Virus record (IMG/VR): IMGVR_UViG_3300017917_001562
Span: 44,582-108,581 of that record
DNA length: 64,000 nt
Direction: 5' to 3' (one strand)
Source: a virus
Positions 36,929-47,888 of this stretch are shown piece by piece (the stretch's first letter is position 1; each line of letters opens with the position of its first letter). The position numbers and the translations under genes were made by a program. The notes below the pieces were generated by a model. The model was not told the origin of the DNA. It saw only the letters and a program-made list of their open reading frames with translations, and did no database searches.

Positions 36929-37197
36929 AGAGTTTTTCCTACAGTTTCAAGAATAGTATTCAATTCATCGTGGTCGCGATTGGTTTCGCCTAGCTTGGCT
37001 TTATGTGCAATCTTAATTGCTTTTTTCAGTGTGGCCGGTTTAATTTCTAGTTCTTCGGCAATGGCCTTAATGGTTTCATTAAGACCCTCGTTAAGGGTAT
37101 CAACTTCTTGAAGCACGGTCATGCCTTCTGTAATTAATTGCGTCAATTTGATTTTGGCTTCGCCGTTGAAGCTGCGTGAGTATCCAGAGTCTGACAT
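36925..37197 (-). CDS. small dsDNA-binding protein (T4 DsbA/GapR-like)
   Basis: helical 90 aa, L.E.IKAIAEELEIKP..LKKAIKIAHK. Confidence 0.55.
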   Translation of the reverse strand: MSDSGYSRSFNGEAKIKLTQLITEGMTVLQEVDTLNEGLNETIKAIAEELEIKPATLKKAIKIAHKAKLGETNRDHDELNTILETVGKTL

Positions 37198-37258
37198 ATT
37201 AGATCCTTTATAAAAATGTTATTGTAAATTATTGAAAAGTAAAAATCAATTTAATTGG

Positions 37259-37336
37259 ATAAATATTAGTGTAGTTCGCGGAGCGGGAACTCCCAACTAC
37301 TCTATGATTGAAAGGAATCACAGCATGAATATTTAT
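37259..37336 (+). promoter_or_regulatory. structured leader of the GIY-YIG gene, copy 2
   Basis: ATAAATATT...AATATTTAT inverted repeat enclosing GTAGTT-CGC-GGAG-loop-CTCC-C-AACTAC and GATT-GAAAGG-AATC hairpins. Confidence 0.65.
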
Positions 37337-37915
37337 TTTAAACCCACCTACCTGTATATTAAACAACACAACATAACAGGATTGAAATACTTTGGGAAAA
37401 CAGTTAAACTTGATGTGTTTAAGTATAAAGGATCGGGTAAACATTGGTCGAGACATTTAAAGAAATACGGTAATGATGTTACTACTGTTTGGCACCAACT
37501 TTTTCACAATAAAGAAGAATTAGTTGAATTTGCTACTAAGTTTTCTATAGATAACGACATTGTGAATTCCCCGCAGTGGGCCAACTTAAAAATAGAAGAT
37601 GGGTTATGGGGTGGTGGGGTAAAAGGTATAAAACTAAAGCCCATGTCTCTGGAACATAAAGCAAAGTTATCAGAGTCGGTTAAAAATGCATACGAGAAAA
37701 AAGGTTGCAAAATAAAAGACAGAACTCCCCTTGTTATCAAAACTAAAGTTAAAAAAGTAGGATGGACTTGGGAAAAGGAAAGTAAAGAAAGGCACTCATT
37801 GCGTCAATTGGGAATTCCAAAAAGACGAATGTGTTGTGTACATTGCAAAAAAGAAGGTAGCATAGCTAATATTCTTCAATGGCACGGTGATAAATGTAAA
37901 ATGAACCCTGTTTAG
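37325..37915 (+). CDS. GIY-YIG-like homing endonuclease
   Basis: YLYIKQH..TGLKYFGKT, YKGSG.HW, WANL..EDG..GG, NUMOD3-like SLEHKAKLS, C-terminal CxxC..WH..KC; paralogue of 18555..19175. Confidence 0.85.
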   Translation: MNIYFKPTYLYIKQHNITGLKYFGKTVKLDVFKYKGSGKHWSRHLKKYGNDVTTVWHQLFHNKEELVEFATKFSIDNDIVNSPQWANLKIEDGLWGGGVKGIKLKPMSLEHKAKLSESVKNAYEKKGCKIKDRTPLVIKTKVKKVGWTWEKESKERHSLRQLGIPKRRMCCVHCKKEGSIANILQWHGDKCKMNPV

Positions 37916-37980
37916 TATAACAAGTAGCGAATTTGTTATACTAGGCGCGGGTTCCCGCCTACCCGGTCCTAAGGCCAAGG
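37911..37980. ncRNA. GC-rich structured intergenic element (candidate ncRNA/terminator)
   Basis: TAGTATAACAA/TTGTTATACTA hairpin plus AGGCG/CGCCT and CGGGT/ACCCG pairings. Confidence 0.45.
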
Positions 37981-37981
37981 T

Positions 37982-39097
37982 CTATTTGCTCAATAATATA
38001 TTTAATTCAGGCCAAAGTTCTTGAAAACTATATTTTGGTATAATGACCTGTTCCATTTGTTGTATCCAATCTAAAAATCGTTTTGATTTAGTGGAGTCTT
38101 CAATATCATCTAATAAACTTTGTTTTACACCAGTTAAAAAAATATCATCAAATCCCAAACTATCTATTTCTTGTACAGCTAAATCTCTTATTGGTTTACT
38201 GTGTCCAAATGATAAAAAACTATCTGTAGATAAATTATATGGATCATTGCTAGCAAGTCCTAATTGCCAATTAACTCTTAAATTGCCTTTGCTGTCAGCA
38301 AATTCATATAATTCTTTTAATCTTGTTGCATTGAAAATAGTATATACTGGGTGTAAAGTAACATTGTTGGTTGTAAAATCTATTTTAAGTTGCTGGATAT
38401 TTTTACATAGTAAATCCCAATCACCGCCTGCCCTTACATATTCAAATCGATCTTCTATATTATCAAAACTTAAATTCCAATAAGTTTTTGGAAAGTTTAA
38501 AAGTTTTTCATAGATTTTGTTTTTTGTCAAATCAACACTACCGTTTGTAAGTACATCAATTTTAACATGTTTAGGCAACATATCTAACAATCGTATATTG
38601 TTTTTTTGCAGTAAGGGCTCGCCACCTAACAAATAAACACATTCAATTGTATCTAAGTTTTCTTCTATTAGGTCAAATAATGATTCTGTGTAATCTCTAT
38701 TAACAGATTCTATAGGTAAGTTTCTTATTTTTCGCCATTCGCTGCTGTCATGTGTGTTACAATACCTGCAAGTTAAATTGCAGACATTGCTCCAGCGGAT
38801 ATCAATTAGTTTTAATTTTCTATATTCTTGTCGAGGAAATTGATCATTGAATGCTGACCATTGGCTACTGCCTGGTGCTGTTGATTCTATGCTATAACAA
38901 CCTGAACAATAGTTATTTGCTTTACCATTCTTTAGATCATGTTGTAGTTGAATAAATTTGCTTTTTTGAAAAATTTGCTGTACAGGTTCTTGCCTTACAC
39001 TACCCAAAGGCACCGACCCACTACAGCATAAACCAACATAGCCGTTCACAGACACGAACAGCCCTGTGTCTACAGCACTACAGTAATAATCTTTCAT
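37982..39097 (-). CDS. radical SAM protein with SPASM/twitch-like N-terminal domain
   Basis: N-terminal C..G.V.LCC...CSGC; CNLTCRYC; GGEP; TNG. Confidence 0.85.
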   Translation of the reverse strand: MKDYYCSAVDTGLFVSVNGYVGLCCSGSVPLGSVRQEPVQQIFQKSKFIQLQHDLKNGKANNYCSGCYSIESTAPGSSQWSAFNDQFPRQEYRKLKLIDIRWSNVCNLTCRYCNTHDSSEWRKIRNLPIESVNRDYTESLFDLIEENLDTIECVYLLGGEPLLQKNNIRLLDMLPKHVKIDVLTNGSVDLTKNKIYEKLLNFPKTYWNLSFDNIEDRFEYVRAGGDWDLLCKNIQQLKIDFTTNNVTLHPVYTIFNATRLKELYEFADSKGNLRVNWQLGLASNDPYNLSTDSFLSFGHSKPIRDLAVQEIDSLGFDDIFLTGVKQSLLDDIEDSTKSKRFLDWIQQMEQVIIPKYSFQELWPELNILLSK

Positions 39098-39100
39098 TAA

Positions 39101-39535
39101 TTATTTAAGACTGGCTCTCAGCATCCAACCATGTTTTTGGTGTGCGTCTAGTCTTTCAGCTAAAAAGTTGCTGAGACCGTGTTGACCTTCGCGTTCTGCT
39201 AGGTCGTAGACCAATTTGATTACCTTAAGAATCTTATCGTTGTCAGCAAGTAATTCTGCAACCATTTGATCCTTGGGCAACACATCAGTTTCATCTTCAA
39301 TTTGGGTAAGCATACTTAAGCGTGTATAACTACCGGGAGTATAGCTGCCTAGTTTACGAATGTTTTCAGCAAAAGAATCAATACTGCCATACACTTCTTC
39401 GTAAATTTTACCAAACAAGTCATGATACTCTAAAAAGTCTGAACCTTCTACATTCCAATGAAAGTAGTGTGCTTTTAGATAAAAACTAAATTCTGTGCTG
39501 AATGCAATTTTCATTGCTTTTACTAATTCGTCCAT
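39101..39535 (-). CDS. dps: Dps family ferritin-like DNA-protection protein
   Basis: HYFHWNVEG..F...H.LF..IYEE...D.FAE.IR, KHGWML. Confidence 0.92.
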   Translation of the reverse strand: MDELVKAMKIAFSTEFSFYLKAHYFHWNVEGSDFLEYHDLFGKIYEEVYGSIDSFAENIRKLGSYTPGSYTRLSMLTQIEDETDVLPKDQMVAELLADNDKILKVIKLVYDLAEREGQHGLSNFLAERLDAHQKHGWMLRASLK

Positions 39536-39536
39536 T

Positions 39537-39965
39537 TTATTCTGCCTTTTTATTCTTGTCTTTTTCAGTTATGGGTCCGCCTGTGATCCAAGCTCTACAA
39601 CTTCTTGCACCTGCACATTTGAAGTGCAAAAAGTTACAATAACCAATGTCAGCAATATTTATGCTGGCATTAGCATCTATGTTTGGTTCATCACCTTTGA
39701 TACCATTGGCTATGCATTCGCGCATACTGTCGCTGACATCAAAGGCCGCACAGTTTGCACACTGCATGGTTTTTGCAATAGCTTCTGTAACTTTAAATCC
39801 TTTTGCAGCTTTTTTCCAATAGTCGCCGGGATTATCAGGGTTAGCAGGACCATAATTATATTCATCTATGGCCTTTTGTCTATTTTTAAGATTAATATCT
39901 ATGTTATGAGTAGCTACAGGACAATTCTTTGTAGCTGCTTCCATGATCTGTATATAATTACGCAT
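39537..39965 (-). CDS. Cys-rich hypothetical (probable virion) protein
   Basis: CANCAAF, GYC..LHFKC...RSC.AW. Confidence 0.7.
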   Translation of the reverse strand: MRNYIQIMEAATKNCPVATHNIDINLKNRQKAIDEYNYGPANPDNPGDYWKKAAKGFKVTEAIAKTMQCANCAAFDVSDSMRECIANGIKGDEPNIDANASINIADIGYCNFLHFKCAGARSCRAWITGGPITEKDKNKKAE

Positions 39966-42900
39966 ATTTACGACCTTTGCGAGGTAAACTACCAATTGGA
40001 CTGGTAGCGTTTTCGTCACCAATGGTACTAGCACGACCAGTAAAGTCACTTATCCTAACTTCTTTTAATTTAACTTCCTTAATCTTAGGAATGCCAAATG
40101 CTCGTTGTGCTTCTAATACAGCAGCAGGACCTTGCGATTCTGTTATGTACCAGCCTTGGCTATCTTGTGTCATTTTAAAATCATTGCGTAAACTTGCAGT
40201 GTCTGTGGCTTTGGGTGTAAAATAAAATCTTGTTTCTACTACACCTTGTGGTGCTTGTTGTGCTTGAACAGCCTGTTGAGGATTTTGACGGAGCATTTGT
40301 GGGGCCATTGTAGCTATGTTTTGAGCATTAGGATTAGGTGCAGTTACTGCATTTACAACTTGGTTAATTAAACTATCATGTTGTTCTAGCTCTTGATAAA
40401 CATGTTCGTTTTCTTGATCAAGTTGATCTAATTTTGGTTTTACACTATTAGCTAAAGCTGAATTTAAATTATCAATCTCTGCATTTAATTTTTCAATTTG
40501 TGCTGTATAATCTTTAACTTGACCAACTCGAGCCTGTGCTGTTTTTGCAGCCGCTTCTGCATCTTTAAACTGTTGTTCTAATTTTTCAATTGCTTTAGCA
40601 TCAACAGTTTCACCTTGCTGAACAGCCGCAATGGCCTTTTCTAGTTCTGCAATTTTATCAGCTGATACACCGGTGCCCTGTTTGTTTTGCATACGCTGTT
40701 CTAAGTCAGCGATCTGACGCTCTAGTGTAGCAGTAGCTTCGGGATCAATGTCAGGTGTGGCCTTAAGTTGATCCAGTTGTTGAGCTAGTGTTTGTAACTG
40801 AGCTTTACTGGCCTGTTGCTTTACTTTTTCTTTTTCTAATTCGCCGCGATGCTTGGTAAGTTCCTTGCTAGTAATTTCACCTTGTTCAGCACCAATGTCT
40901 GCTCGTTCACCTGCAGCCTGCAACTCTGATTTTAATTCTTTATTATAAGCCTTGGTCTTTTCTAATTCTTTGAACAATGCCACAGCCACTTGTTGTTCGG
41001 GAGGTACACCACTCAGTCTTTGTCCTTGTACAAAATTCATCATCTTTTGATAATCTTGTGAAGGGGAAGCTTTGGCTTCGTTGGTTTTCTTTTTATTGCC
41101 CCAGTTTGCTGCACCTTTTTTACGGCACTGTACTAAGGCACCTGATGCATAAGCACTTGGCCATACTTTGTAACGGCTTTTAACTTTGTGATAGCAAGCG
41201 TCTTGTTTTTCAGCTAAGATTAAATTACTAAATGCTGGACCACCACACTCTGGACAAGTTTGTTGAGCTTCTGCCACATCTTGTTGTCTACGATGAAGTG
41301 TAACTTTATGTTCACCAGGCGTTTCTTTCCTCCATTTTTGTGCGGCACCTAAACTATCAAACTTCGGACCTGGTTGAAACTCTCCGTTTTTGTCTTTGGT
41401 ATGACCACGATAGTAATGTTCTTCATCGTATGCATCTGCGTTAAATCCTTCCGCTACACCTTGCTGACCTGTTACAGCCTGCAATAGTGCTCTTGCAACT
41501 ACACGATCTTTTTCCTGTTCGTCGTTGTCTAGTTCAGAATAACTAATTTTCATTAGTTTAGCTCTTTGCTGTAGTTTAGCTTCAAGTTTTCCCGCTTGAC
41601 GAAGTTTTTCGGTATCGTCAAATTGATCAGGGTCTTGAACAAATCTCAGTGCTGTGGTATTCCAACCTTTGTGAATTGCGTCTGCAATAGCTTCAATGTC
41701 TGTTACACCAGCATCAATCATTTTTTTAGCATAAGCAGCAGATTGAAGATTGGCTTGCCATCCAAAATTGTTGCCAGGTGTGCTACGACCATAACCATAT
41801 GCTTGGTCCAAGGCTGCATCGCTGACAGCAGCTAACTGCTGTATAGATAAACTATTAGCGTTTTCTGTCATTGGGCTTTCTACTGGTTCTGCTGAAGTAA
41901 CTGATATAATTATTCCACGCCTCTTAAACTTCTTTATTGTTTTGGCTATTGCTTCTTCTTTTGAATCTGCTTTAGTTTTGGTAGAACTATGAATTGGTTG
42001 TCCAACCTGTGTATTCCATTGAAAGTTAACTTTCCAAATTGGGGCAGTGTCTACAGCCACAGTGGGTTTAGCTTGAAGCAATGCATCTTGTTGTTTTGGT
42101 GGCAACGATAAAAACTCAGTTAGTTTCATCTTCTTGCCATTAATTGTTACAAGGTTCTGTCCACCACCCGCAGTGCCACCTTCGTATTTGATCCACTCCA
42201 GTGCAGGGCTTTTTACAATAAAACTGGTTAAGAAGAATGGTTTTGGATCGTTTCGGTTAGGCGCAAGATAAGATCTTCTGGCAGGATATGTCATTGCGTC
42301 AATATGTGTAAACTTCATGCCGTTTCGTGCAAGAATGCTTGATAGTGTATCGTAGTGGTTTTGTTGGACTTTACTAAAAGTATATGTGTCAGGTTTGCCA
42401 GAATACTGTGTTGCACCAGGACTGTATATGCTGCCTTCCGCCACACCTTGCTCGAACGATTTGAACACAGAACGAGCAACTGCTTTAACCTGTTCTGGAG
42501 AAAGTTTTTTACCTAGTTGCTCCTGGGCTTGTTGATAGATGTCTTTGATATCTGGATTGTTGAAATCGTCTTCGTAGTCCCAATATGTAAAGGACACTTT
42601 GTTACCATCTACATCAAGCACATACACCATTTGATCTAAATCGTAATCTTGCTTGACAATGGCAACGCCTTCCGCCACACCTTGCGTCAGGAATGATTGC
42701 AAAGCGTCGGATCTGCTAGGATGTTTTAGTTTTCGAAGTGCCTTTGCTTCAATCTGTCTAATTCTTTCGTTAGATACTCCTAATTTTCTGGCAACATCGG
42801 CTAATGACATATCATCATAGAATCTCATGTCGATGACTGTTTTTTCAGTATCAGTTAAAGTGGACATCTGTTTGGCCATCACACGCTGCAATTCTGCTTG

Positions 42901-43605
42901 GTCATACTTGTCGTTGGGATCATAAGGTTCGTCGTATTTTGTATCATATCGATCGGCATTGTGCACCGGATCTTGCGGGTCCAGTGTAGGCATCTTATTT
43001 TTTGCACCCTTATATGTTGCGCCGTTTGGATTGTATCGTGATATCTGTTGATTAGGATTTGCTTCCGCCACACCTTCATTGGATTTTTTCTTTGTAGCAA
43101 CATTGATCGCCGCACCACTACGCTCAGGATTTGGGTCTTCTCTGCGCTTTTTAGCAGCCGCATACTTACGGCCTTTTTTGCCTAGTGCATGTGCCTTGGC
43201 CTGTGGTAAACATTTTGGTTTACCTTCACTGCTATCGCCTCTAGCACAACTACCACGAATTTCGCCATCAGGTCCAAAACGAACCCACTTTTCTTTAAAC
43301 CACTTGCGTAGATTTTCTGTAACAGGTGCTGACGAGTCTGGTTCTAAATCATTTGTACGGTCACCGCGGTAGTTTTCTAAATTGTTGACAATTTCATCAA
43401 CAGCCATATCAACATCACTCATGCTGTGAATGTCATCTGCTTCCTCAGCATAATCAATAATAGCATCACCCACTACTTCATGCCCATAACGAGTAATTGC
43501 TTCGGGATATTTTTGTTGTAAGCCGTTAAACAATATCTCAGCCAAATCAATGGGACTGATATTTTCAAATAGTTTATTGTTATTATATAAATCGTTTAAA
43601 AACAT
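39958..43605 (-). CDS. modular polyprotein-like protein (sigma70 region-4 module, RyR-like module, coiled coil); probable internal head protein
   Basis: 1215 aa; five (Q)GVAE-type linkers; [30 protein letters not shown]; IH.GW...YSEL...EQEKDR. Confidence 0.75.
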   Translation of the reverse strand: MFLNDLYNNNKLFENISPIDLAEILFNGLQQKYPEAITRYGHEVVGDAIIDYAEEADDIHSMSDVDMAVDEIVNNLENYRGDRTNDLEPDSSAPVTENLRKWFKEKWVRFGPDGEIRGSCARGDSSEGKPKCLPQAKAHALGKKGRKYAAAKKRREDPNPERSGAAINVATKKKSNEGVAEANPNQQISRYNPNGATYKGAKNKMPTLDPQDPVHNADRYDTKYDEPYDPNDKYDQAELQRVMAKQMSTLTDTEKTVIDMRFYDDMSLADVARKLGVSNERIRQIEAKALRKLKHPSRSDALQSFLTQGVAEGVAIVKQDYDLDQMVYVLDVDGNKVSFTYWDYEDDFNNPDIKDIYQQAQEQLGKKLSPEQVKAVARSVFKSFEQGVAEGSIYSPGATQYSGKPDTYTFSKVQQNHYDTLSSILARNGMKFTHIDAMTYPARRSYLAPNRNDPKPFFLTSFIVKSPALEWIKYEGGTAGGGQNLVTINGKKMKLTEFLSLPPKQQDALLQAKPTVAVDTAPIWKVNFQWNTQVGQPIHSSTKTKADSKEEAIAKTIKKFKRRGIIISVTSAEPVESPMTENANSLSIQQLAAVSDAALDQAYGYGRSTPGNNFGWQANLQSAAYAKKMIDAGVTDIEAIADAIHKGWNTTALRFVQDPDQFDDTEKLRQAGKLEAKLQQRAKLMKISYSELDNDEQEKDRVVARALLQAVTGQQGVAEGFNADAYDEEHYYRGHTKDKNGEFQPGPKFDSLGAAQKWRKETPGEHKVTLHRRQQDVAEAQQTCPECGGPAFSNLILAEKQDACYHKVKSRYKVWPSAYASGALVQCRKKGAANWGNKKKTNEAKASPSQDYQKMMNFVQGQRLSGVPPEQQVAVALFKELEKTKAYNKELKSELQAAGERADIGAEQGEITSKELTKHRGELEKEKVKQQASKAQLQTLAQQLDQLKATPDIDPEATATLERQIADLEQRMQNKQGTGVSADKIAELEKAIAAVQQGETVDAKAIEKLEQQFKDAEAAAKTAQARVGQVKDYTAQIEKLNAEIDNLNSALANSVKPKLDQLDQENEHVYQELEQHDSLINQVVNAVTAPNPNAQNIATMAPQMLRQNPQQAVQAQQAPQGVVETRFYFTPKATDTASLRNDFKMTQDSQGWYITESQGPAAVLEAQRAFGIPKIKEVKLKEVRISDFTGRASTIGDENATSPIGSLPRKGRKYA
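41268..43076 (-). repeat. in-frame linker repeat CAAGGTGTGGCGGAAGG (QGVAEG)
   Basis: 19-bp exact copies at 42433-42451 and 42667-42685; near copies at 43062-43076, 41447-41464, 41268-41283. Confidence 0.85.
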
Positions 43606-43609
43606 CTCG

Positions 43610-46600
43610 TTACTTTCCTTGTTTAGCTAAAATGCCTGCTTGTTGTAGTGCTGTCTTAAGTGGGCCCGCCGCGGTTGGAGTTTCTGCAGCTTTTAGAACC
43701 AATGGAGTTATTGTACCCATTGCTCGTTGTTGATCTCTTGTTAAAGGCTTACCGTCATTGGCATTAACAATTGCCTGCGCCAATGCATCAGTGTTTGTTC
43801 CCGGAGGAGCAACACTGCCAATTGTATCTGCTACACCTCTTGCTGTGCTGGCATCAATGGCTTGATCTCTTTTTTGCTGTTGTTGCTGTGGTGTACCTGC
43901 TTGACTTGTTGCTTGTGTGCCCGCTGTTGTATCTTGTGCATAAGGATTGGTAGCTTGTCTTGCTGGGCTAGTTGCTTGCATTGTTGGGTTAGTTGCCAAA
44001 CTAGGAGGTTCTTCTTCCTTGATGGGCTTGTCATCTTTATCTTCAATGTCGCGCAATCTTTGCATTAATTTTCCAAGATCAACAGGACCTTGTTTCTTTT
44101 CCTGTGCTTTGGCTTTGGCTCGCAATCTATCAACTAAATCGTCAAACTCATCATAGCTGTAGCGTCCTGCAACTTTTTTATCATCGCGATTTTCTCTCAT
44201 AGCTATTTGTGTTTGTTGTGATTGTGCTTGTAATTTATCGTTATATTTTTTATCCATAGAAGCTATCCAATTACCTGCAGTAGTTGATGCTAATGCAGGA
44301 TTATTTTTGCTAAGGTATGCCATGCGTTCTTCGTGTGCAGGGGTGCCTGGAGCTCCTGCTTTTCTTGCTAATATATCTGCAACAGTTGCATTTGGCTCAG
44401 TTTTGGCAGCATTTAGTACCTGATTAGTTCCGGCAGGACCTATAAAGTGTGCGCTGTATACAGTGGCAGGGCTTACTGGAATTTTGTTTCTTTGCAATTC
44501 TGCTAAATTATTATTTAATAATTGATTTTGCATTGCTTCCTGAGTTTTAGCATCAAACACTGCATTGTCTGGTATGTCTAGTTGTTTTTTAAGGGCATCA
44601 AGAGTCGTACCTGTAAAACCGTACATACCGACAGCATTGGCTTGCCCGCCTCTGGCCTTTTGAAATTGTTGAACTTCAGACATGGTCATTTGATCTAAAG
44701 GTTTTGATTGACCTAGATTCTGTTGTGACCATTCTTCAGGAGTAATATAAGGTCTTCCTGCATTATCTTTAGCTCGCATCTTGCCACCAAAGAATCCATA
44801 GTGTCCGCTATAACTTTGACCTTCAAGCCCGCCTACTACTTTATTAAGGTTTGATCGATCTTGATATGAAAGATCGTATTCTGCAGGATTAGCAGCTTTG
44901 GCTCTAGAAACAATAATAGAATCAGTTGGATCTGCCATTCCTACATAAGCCTGTTGGCGAGGTGTAAGCTTAGACCAAGCTTCAGCTTTGGCAGGATCTT
45001 TACCAGTCCAAGGATTAACACCCGGGGCTGGTTTTGTTGGTGCAGGTGTTTGTCCTGATGTCCATGGTTCACCGGAACCACTAAGCCATGGCTGACCAGT
45101 TGTAGGTGATGTAACGGCATTGGGCGGGAGTTCAACTTTACCTGAGGATCCTGCAGGCACAGTAGGCTGTTGCGGTTTTTGTACTGGCGGTTTGGTCGTC
45201 GGAGGTTTAGCACCAGCAGTAAATCCCATTTGTTGGTTCCAATTTGCCGCAATCTTACTTAAAGTGTCACCTTTTTGTACAGTATAAATGTCACCATTGG
45301 GTGCTGTAATTTGTTGGCCTACATAAATCAAATTAGGATTTTTAATCTGCGGATTTAATTTAGCTAACTCTTGCCAAGAAGTAGATTTTAATTTACTGCT
45401 ATCTCCGTAGGTTGTAGATCTTGGATCAGTGTCACTGGTTTTTCTGCCAGATGGATCTAATCCTGTTGAACTTGGCTCCATTTGTTGTGGAAGTTCGTCA
45501 GCATCAATTTCTGGTTCCGGTGTTGTGTCGGGTTGAGTTTTTGCTGAACTGCCTGTGGGGGTAGAAATTCCTGATAGTTGTTGCAGTCTTGCAGTATTAT
45601 CATCTGTACTAGCTATTGGTTTAGCCGCTGGTTGTTTAACCAATGGACCTGCAGCTGTTGCTGGTCGTGTAGTATCAGGTTTAACAGGTGTGCTTTGAAT
45701 TTGTTTTTCTATTTCAGCTTTTTGTTTTTCTGCCTGTTGTGCTATTTGTTGATCAATTTGACGAATTACAGCTTTATGGTCCGCTGCAGTTGGCGGTTTG
45801 TATTCAATACCCGCTTCTGCACGTTGTTTAGCAAGCCATTCTGCTTCACTTTTGTTTAATTCACCTGAGTATGTACCTAATGCACCTGTCACTCCTATAA
45901 CACCAGGAATCAATCCTAAAATGTTTGCAGGTTCTGAATCTGTCCCTTTATAAATTGGTGATGGGTCTCTTTTAGGAAATGCTTTCGGATAAATGCCAAA
46001 AGGTGTGCCACCCGGTCCTTCGATAGGTTTAGTTTCTACGCCTTTATTCCAACCTGGCTTTCCAGGAACCATCTGATCAGATGTTGCACTGGGCGGTGTT
46101 GTTGTTGCTGTAGTTGTTGGTTTTGCGGCGCTAGTATCAGTTGTCTGATTAGGCTCTGCTGCCCAATTGTCTTCTTTAAACTCTTTATATTTTTCTTGTA
46201 GCTTACGCTGTATAGCAGTGTCTTTAGCTGTTTTATCTAATTCACCTAGGACACTTTCTTGTTGTTCTTCACTGCCGCCAACCATTTTATGTTTTGCATC
46301 ACTGGCCGGATCTGTGCCCATCCAGTAACCGGGAAATTTAGGACCAGTAGGATTTTTTGTAGCAGATGACATTGATTCAACAATGTACAAACTTTTTTGT
46401 ATATCAGTCATTTGTTCAAATTCTTTTAAATCTTTTAACGGTTTAAAGTCTGGTATGCCTTTAGGAGGAGTAGGTCCGCCAAAGCGCCAAAAGTCTAATC
46501 CACTGCCAATGTTATTGCCACCGGGAATAGGTATAGGCAACGGAACAGTTGGCGAAGGTTTAGTTTCACCTGGCTTAGTTGACTCCGGTTTAGATGGTGT

Positions 46601-46969
46601 TGGCTCTTGCCTGGGCCCCGGCGTTGGTTCTTGTTCTGGTCCGGGTATTGGTATAGGAGTTGGTGTAGGTATTGGCTTAACCTCTGGCCCTGGTGTTGGA
46701 GCAGGTTGTGGTTTAGGCGCAGGTGTTGGTTTTACATCGGGCCCAGGAGCAGGCTCTGGTGTGCTTGGGCGTGAAGGTGCTTCACCTGGTTTGGGTTGAT
46801 CTATCTTTGGTTGGGGTTCGGGTCTTGGTGTAGGTCTTGGCTCTGGTCTAGGAACCGGTTTTGGCGCTGGCCTAGGCTTTGGTATAGGGAGTTTAGGCAG
46901 TGCTAGCTCTGCTAATTTTTTAGCCTCAACTTCATTTAAAAAGTCCTGAAAACTTTTTTTATCGCTCAT
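43610..46969 (-). CDS. large Pro-rich virion-associated protein with LysM and lysozyme-like domains
   Basis: PEP/PTP repeats; [20 protein letters not shown] and [13 protein letters not shown]; E...Y...MT..EV...AVGMYGF..TL...FD..TQ...Y.AHF.G. Confidence 0.75.
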   Translation of the reverse strand: MSDKKSFQDFLNEVEAKKLAELALPKLPIPKPRPAPKPVPRPEPRPTPRPEPQPKIDQPKPGEAPSRPSTPEPAPGPDVKPTPAPKPQPAPTPGPEVKPIPTPTPIPIPGPEQEPTPGPRQEPTPSKPESTKPGETKPSPTVPLPIPIPGGNNIGSGLDFWRFGGPTPPKGIPDFKPLKDLKEFEQMTDIQKSLYIVESMSSATKNPTGPKFPGYWMGTDPASDAKHKMVGGSEEQQESVLGELDKTAKDTAIQRKLQEKYKEFKEDNWAAEPNQTTDTSAAKPTTTATTTPPSATSDQMVPGKPGWNKGVETKPIEGPGGTPFGIYPKAFPKRDPSPIYKGTDSEPANILGLIPGVIGVTGALGTYSGELNKSEAEWLAKQRAEAGIEYKPPTAADHKAVIRQIDQQIAQQAEKQKAEIEKQIQSTPVKPDTTRPATAAGPLVKQPAAKPIASTDDNTARLQQLSGISTPTGSSAKTQPDTTPEPEIDADELPQQMEPSSTGLDPSGRKTSDTDPRSTTYGDSSKLKSTSWQELAKLNPQIKNPNLIYVGQQITAPNGDIYTVQKGDTLSKIAANWNQQMGFTAGAKPPTTKPPVQKPQQPTVPAGSSGKVELPPNAVTSPTTGQPWLSGSGEPWTSGQTPAPTKPAPGVNPWTGKDPAKAEAWSKLTPRQQAYVGMADPTDSIIVSRAKAANPAEYDLSYQDRSNLNKVVGGLEGQSYSGHYGFFGGKMRAKDNAGRPYITPEEWSQQNLGQSKPLDQMTMSEVQQFQKARGGQANAVGMYGFTGTTLDALKKQLDIPDNAVFDAKTQEAMQNQLLNNNLAELQRNKIPVSPATVYSAHFIGPAGTNQVLNAAKTEPNATVADILARKAGAPGTPAHEERMAYLSKNNPALASTTAGNWIASMDKKYNDKLQAQSQQTQIAMRENRDDKKVAGRYSYDEFDDLVDRLRAKAKAQEKKQGPVDLGKLMQRLRDIEDKDDKPIKEEEPPSLATNPTMQATSPARQATNPYAQDTTAGTQATSQAGTPQQQQQKRDQAIDASTARGVADTIGSVAPPGTNTDALAQAIVNANDGKPLTRDQQRAMGTITPLVLKAAETPTAAGPLKTALQQAGILAKQGK

Positions 46970-47547
46970 TACTTTTTAGCCTTAGGTTGCTTGTAAGTGC
47001 CGCCAAATAGTGTGCCTGTTTTGGCTTTGTTTTTAGGTGTAGGATTAACTACTGTAGCAACACTACCTGAAGACATTTCTTTTACTTGCTGATGGCCTTT
47101 GTTTGTGCCCAACAACTGTTGTTGTTTTTGTTTCAATTCCTTAAACAATTCTCCAGCTCTGGTGCTGTAACCTTCAACTTCAAGCGCATACTGGCCGATT
47201 TGTGCATCTGTGGCAGTCTTTAACCATTCATCGCTTTCTCTTTCCATTGGAGCGTTTTCTGCTATGGCCATTACATCAACTTGTTCCGGTTGCGCGGCCG
47301 CAGTCATTAACTCATATTCCATGTATTCTAACACGGTTTTTAAATAGTCATTTGCCAGTGTAATCTTACTGCTGACCCAGCCTTCTAAACCTTGGCGCTC
47401 GTCAACATTGCGTAATAATTTGTGTAGTTTCAGTGCGTACTCGGCAGCGTGGTATAGTTCTTCACGAGCCATTTGTACTTCGTGGTCTTGATGCACTGAA
47501 CTTGCATCTTCAACAAAGTTTTCGCCTAAAAAATGTGAACTTTTCAT
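46969..47547 (-). CDS. conserved hypothetical (probable internal head) protein
   Basis: DHEVQMAR.ELY...LEGWVSSKITLA.DYL; TAAATA upstream. Confidence 0.7.
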   Translation of the reverse strand: MKSSHFLGENFVEDASSVHQDHEVQMAREELYHAAEYALKLHKLLRNVDERQGLEGWVSSKITLANDYLKTVLEYMEYELMTAAAQPEQVDVMAIAENAPMERESDEWLKTATDAQIGQYALEVEGYSTRAGELFKELKQKQQQLLGTNKGHQQVKEMSSGSVATVVNPTPKNKAKTGTLFGGTYKQPKAKK

Positions 47548-47576
47548 AGTTTTATCCTGGATATTGTATATTTAGT

Positions 47577-47888
47577 TTAGATAATAAACTTACCGCAGTC
47601 TCTGTGTTTTATTGTATCATTGAAAGAAAGTGGATAAAATTTATTGTTTATGGCAAAATTTGCCATTCTGAATATACTAGTGTTTATACTTTTGTTAACG
47701 GATTCTATTTTTATTGTGTGTTCGCCTGGTTCTAGTTCTGCTACCAGTATTTCTCTAACCCAATTATGTGGATTGCGCCATATGTATGTTCGTTCAGTAT
47801 ATAAATCGTTGTCTATATAAAGTCTATATGCTTCGGGTTCAGTTTGCCATTCGCAATAAACATCAACTTCAATTCTTAGATCCTGCAT
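47577..47888 (-). CDS. hypothetical beta-sandwich protein
   Basis: YRLYIDNDLYTERT...L.PGEH.IKIE; distantly like the 49911/50358 pair. Confidence 0.65.
   Translation of the reverse strand: MQDLRIEVDVYCEWQTEPEAYRLYIDNDLYTERTYIWRNPHNWVREILVAELEPGEHTIKIESVNKSINTSIFRMANFAINNKFYPLSFNDTIKHRDCGKFII

Noticed and set aside
37229-37978. - strand ORFs 37229..37456, 37504..37740, 37796..37978 and the 31-codon N-terminal extension of 37232..37915
   Set aside because: The - strand ORFs are shadows of the endonuclease. Its real start is the ATG at 37325 after the RBS hairpin, matching the MNIY start at 3628.
37911-37980. tRNA gene
   Set aside because: No cloverleaf, T-loop GTTCRA or acceptor stem could be built; kept only as an unassigned structured element.
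46500-46900. Pro-rich repeats as a separate repeat element or collagen-like + strand gene
   Set aside because: They are imperfect codon-level repeats of a PEP/PTP linker within the 1119-aa ORF.
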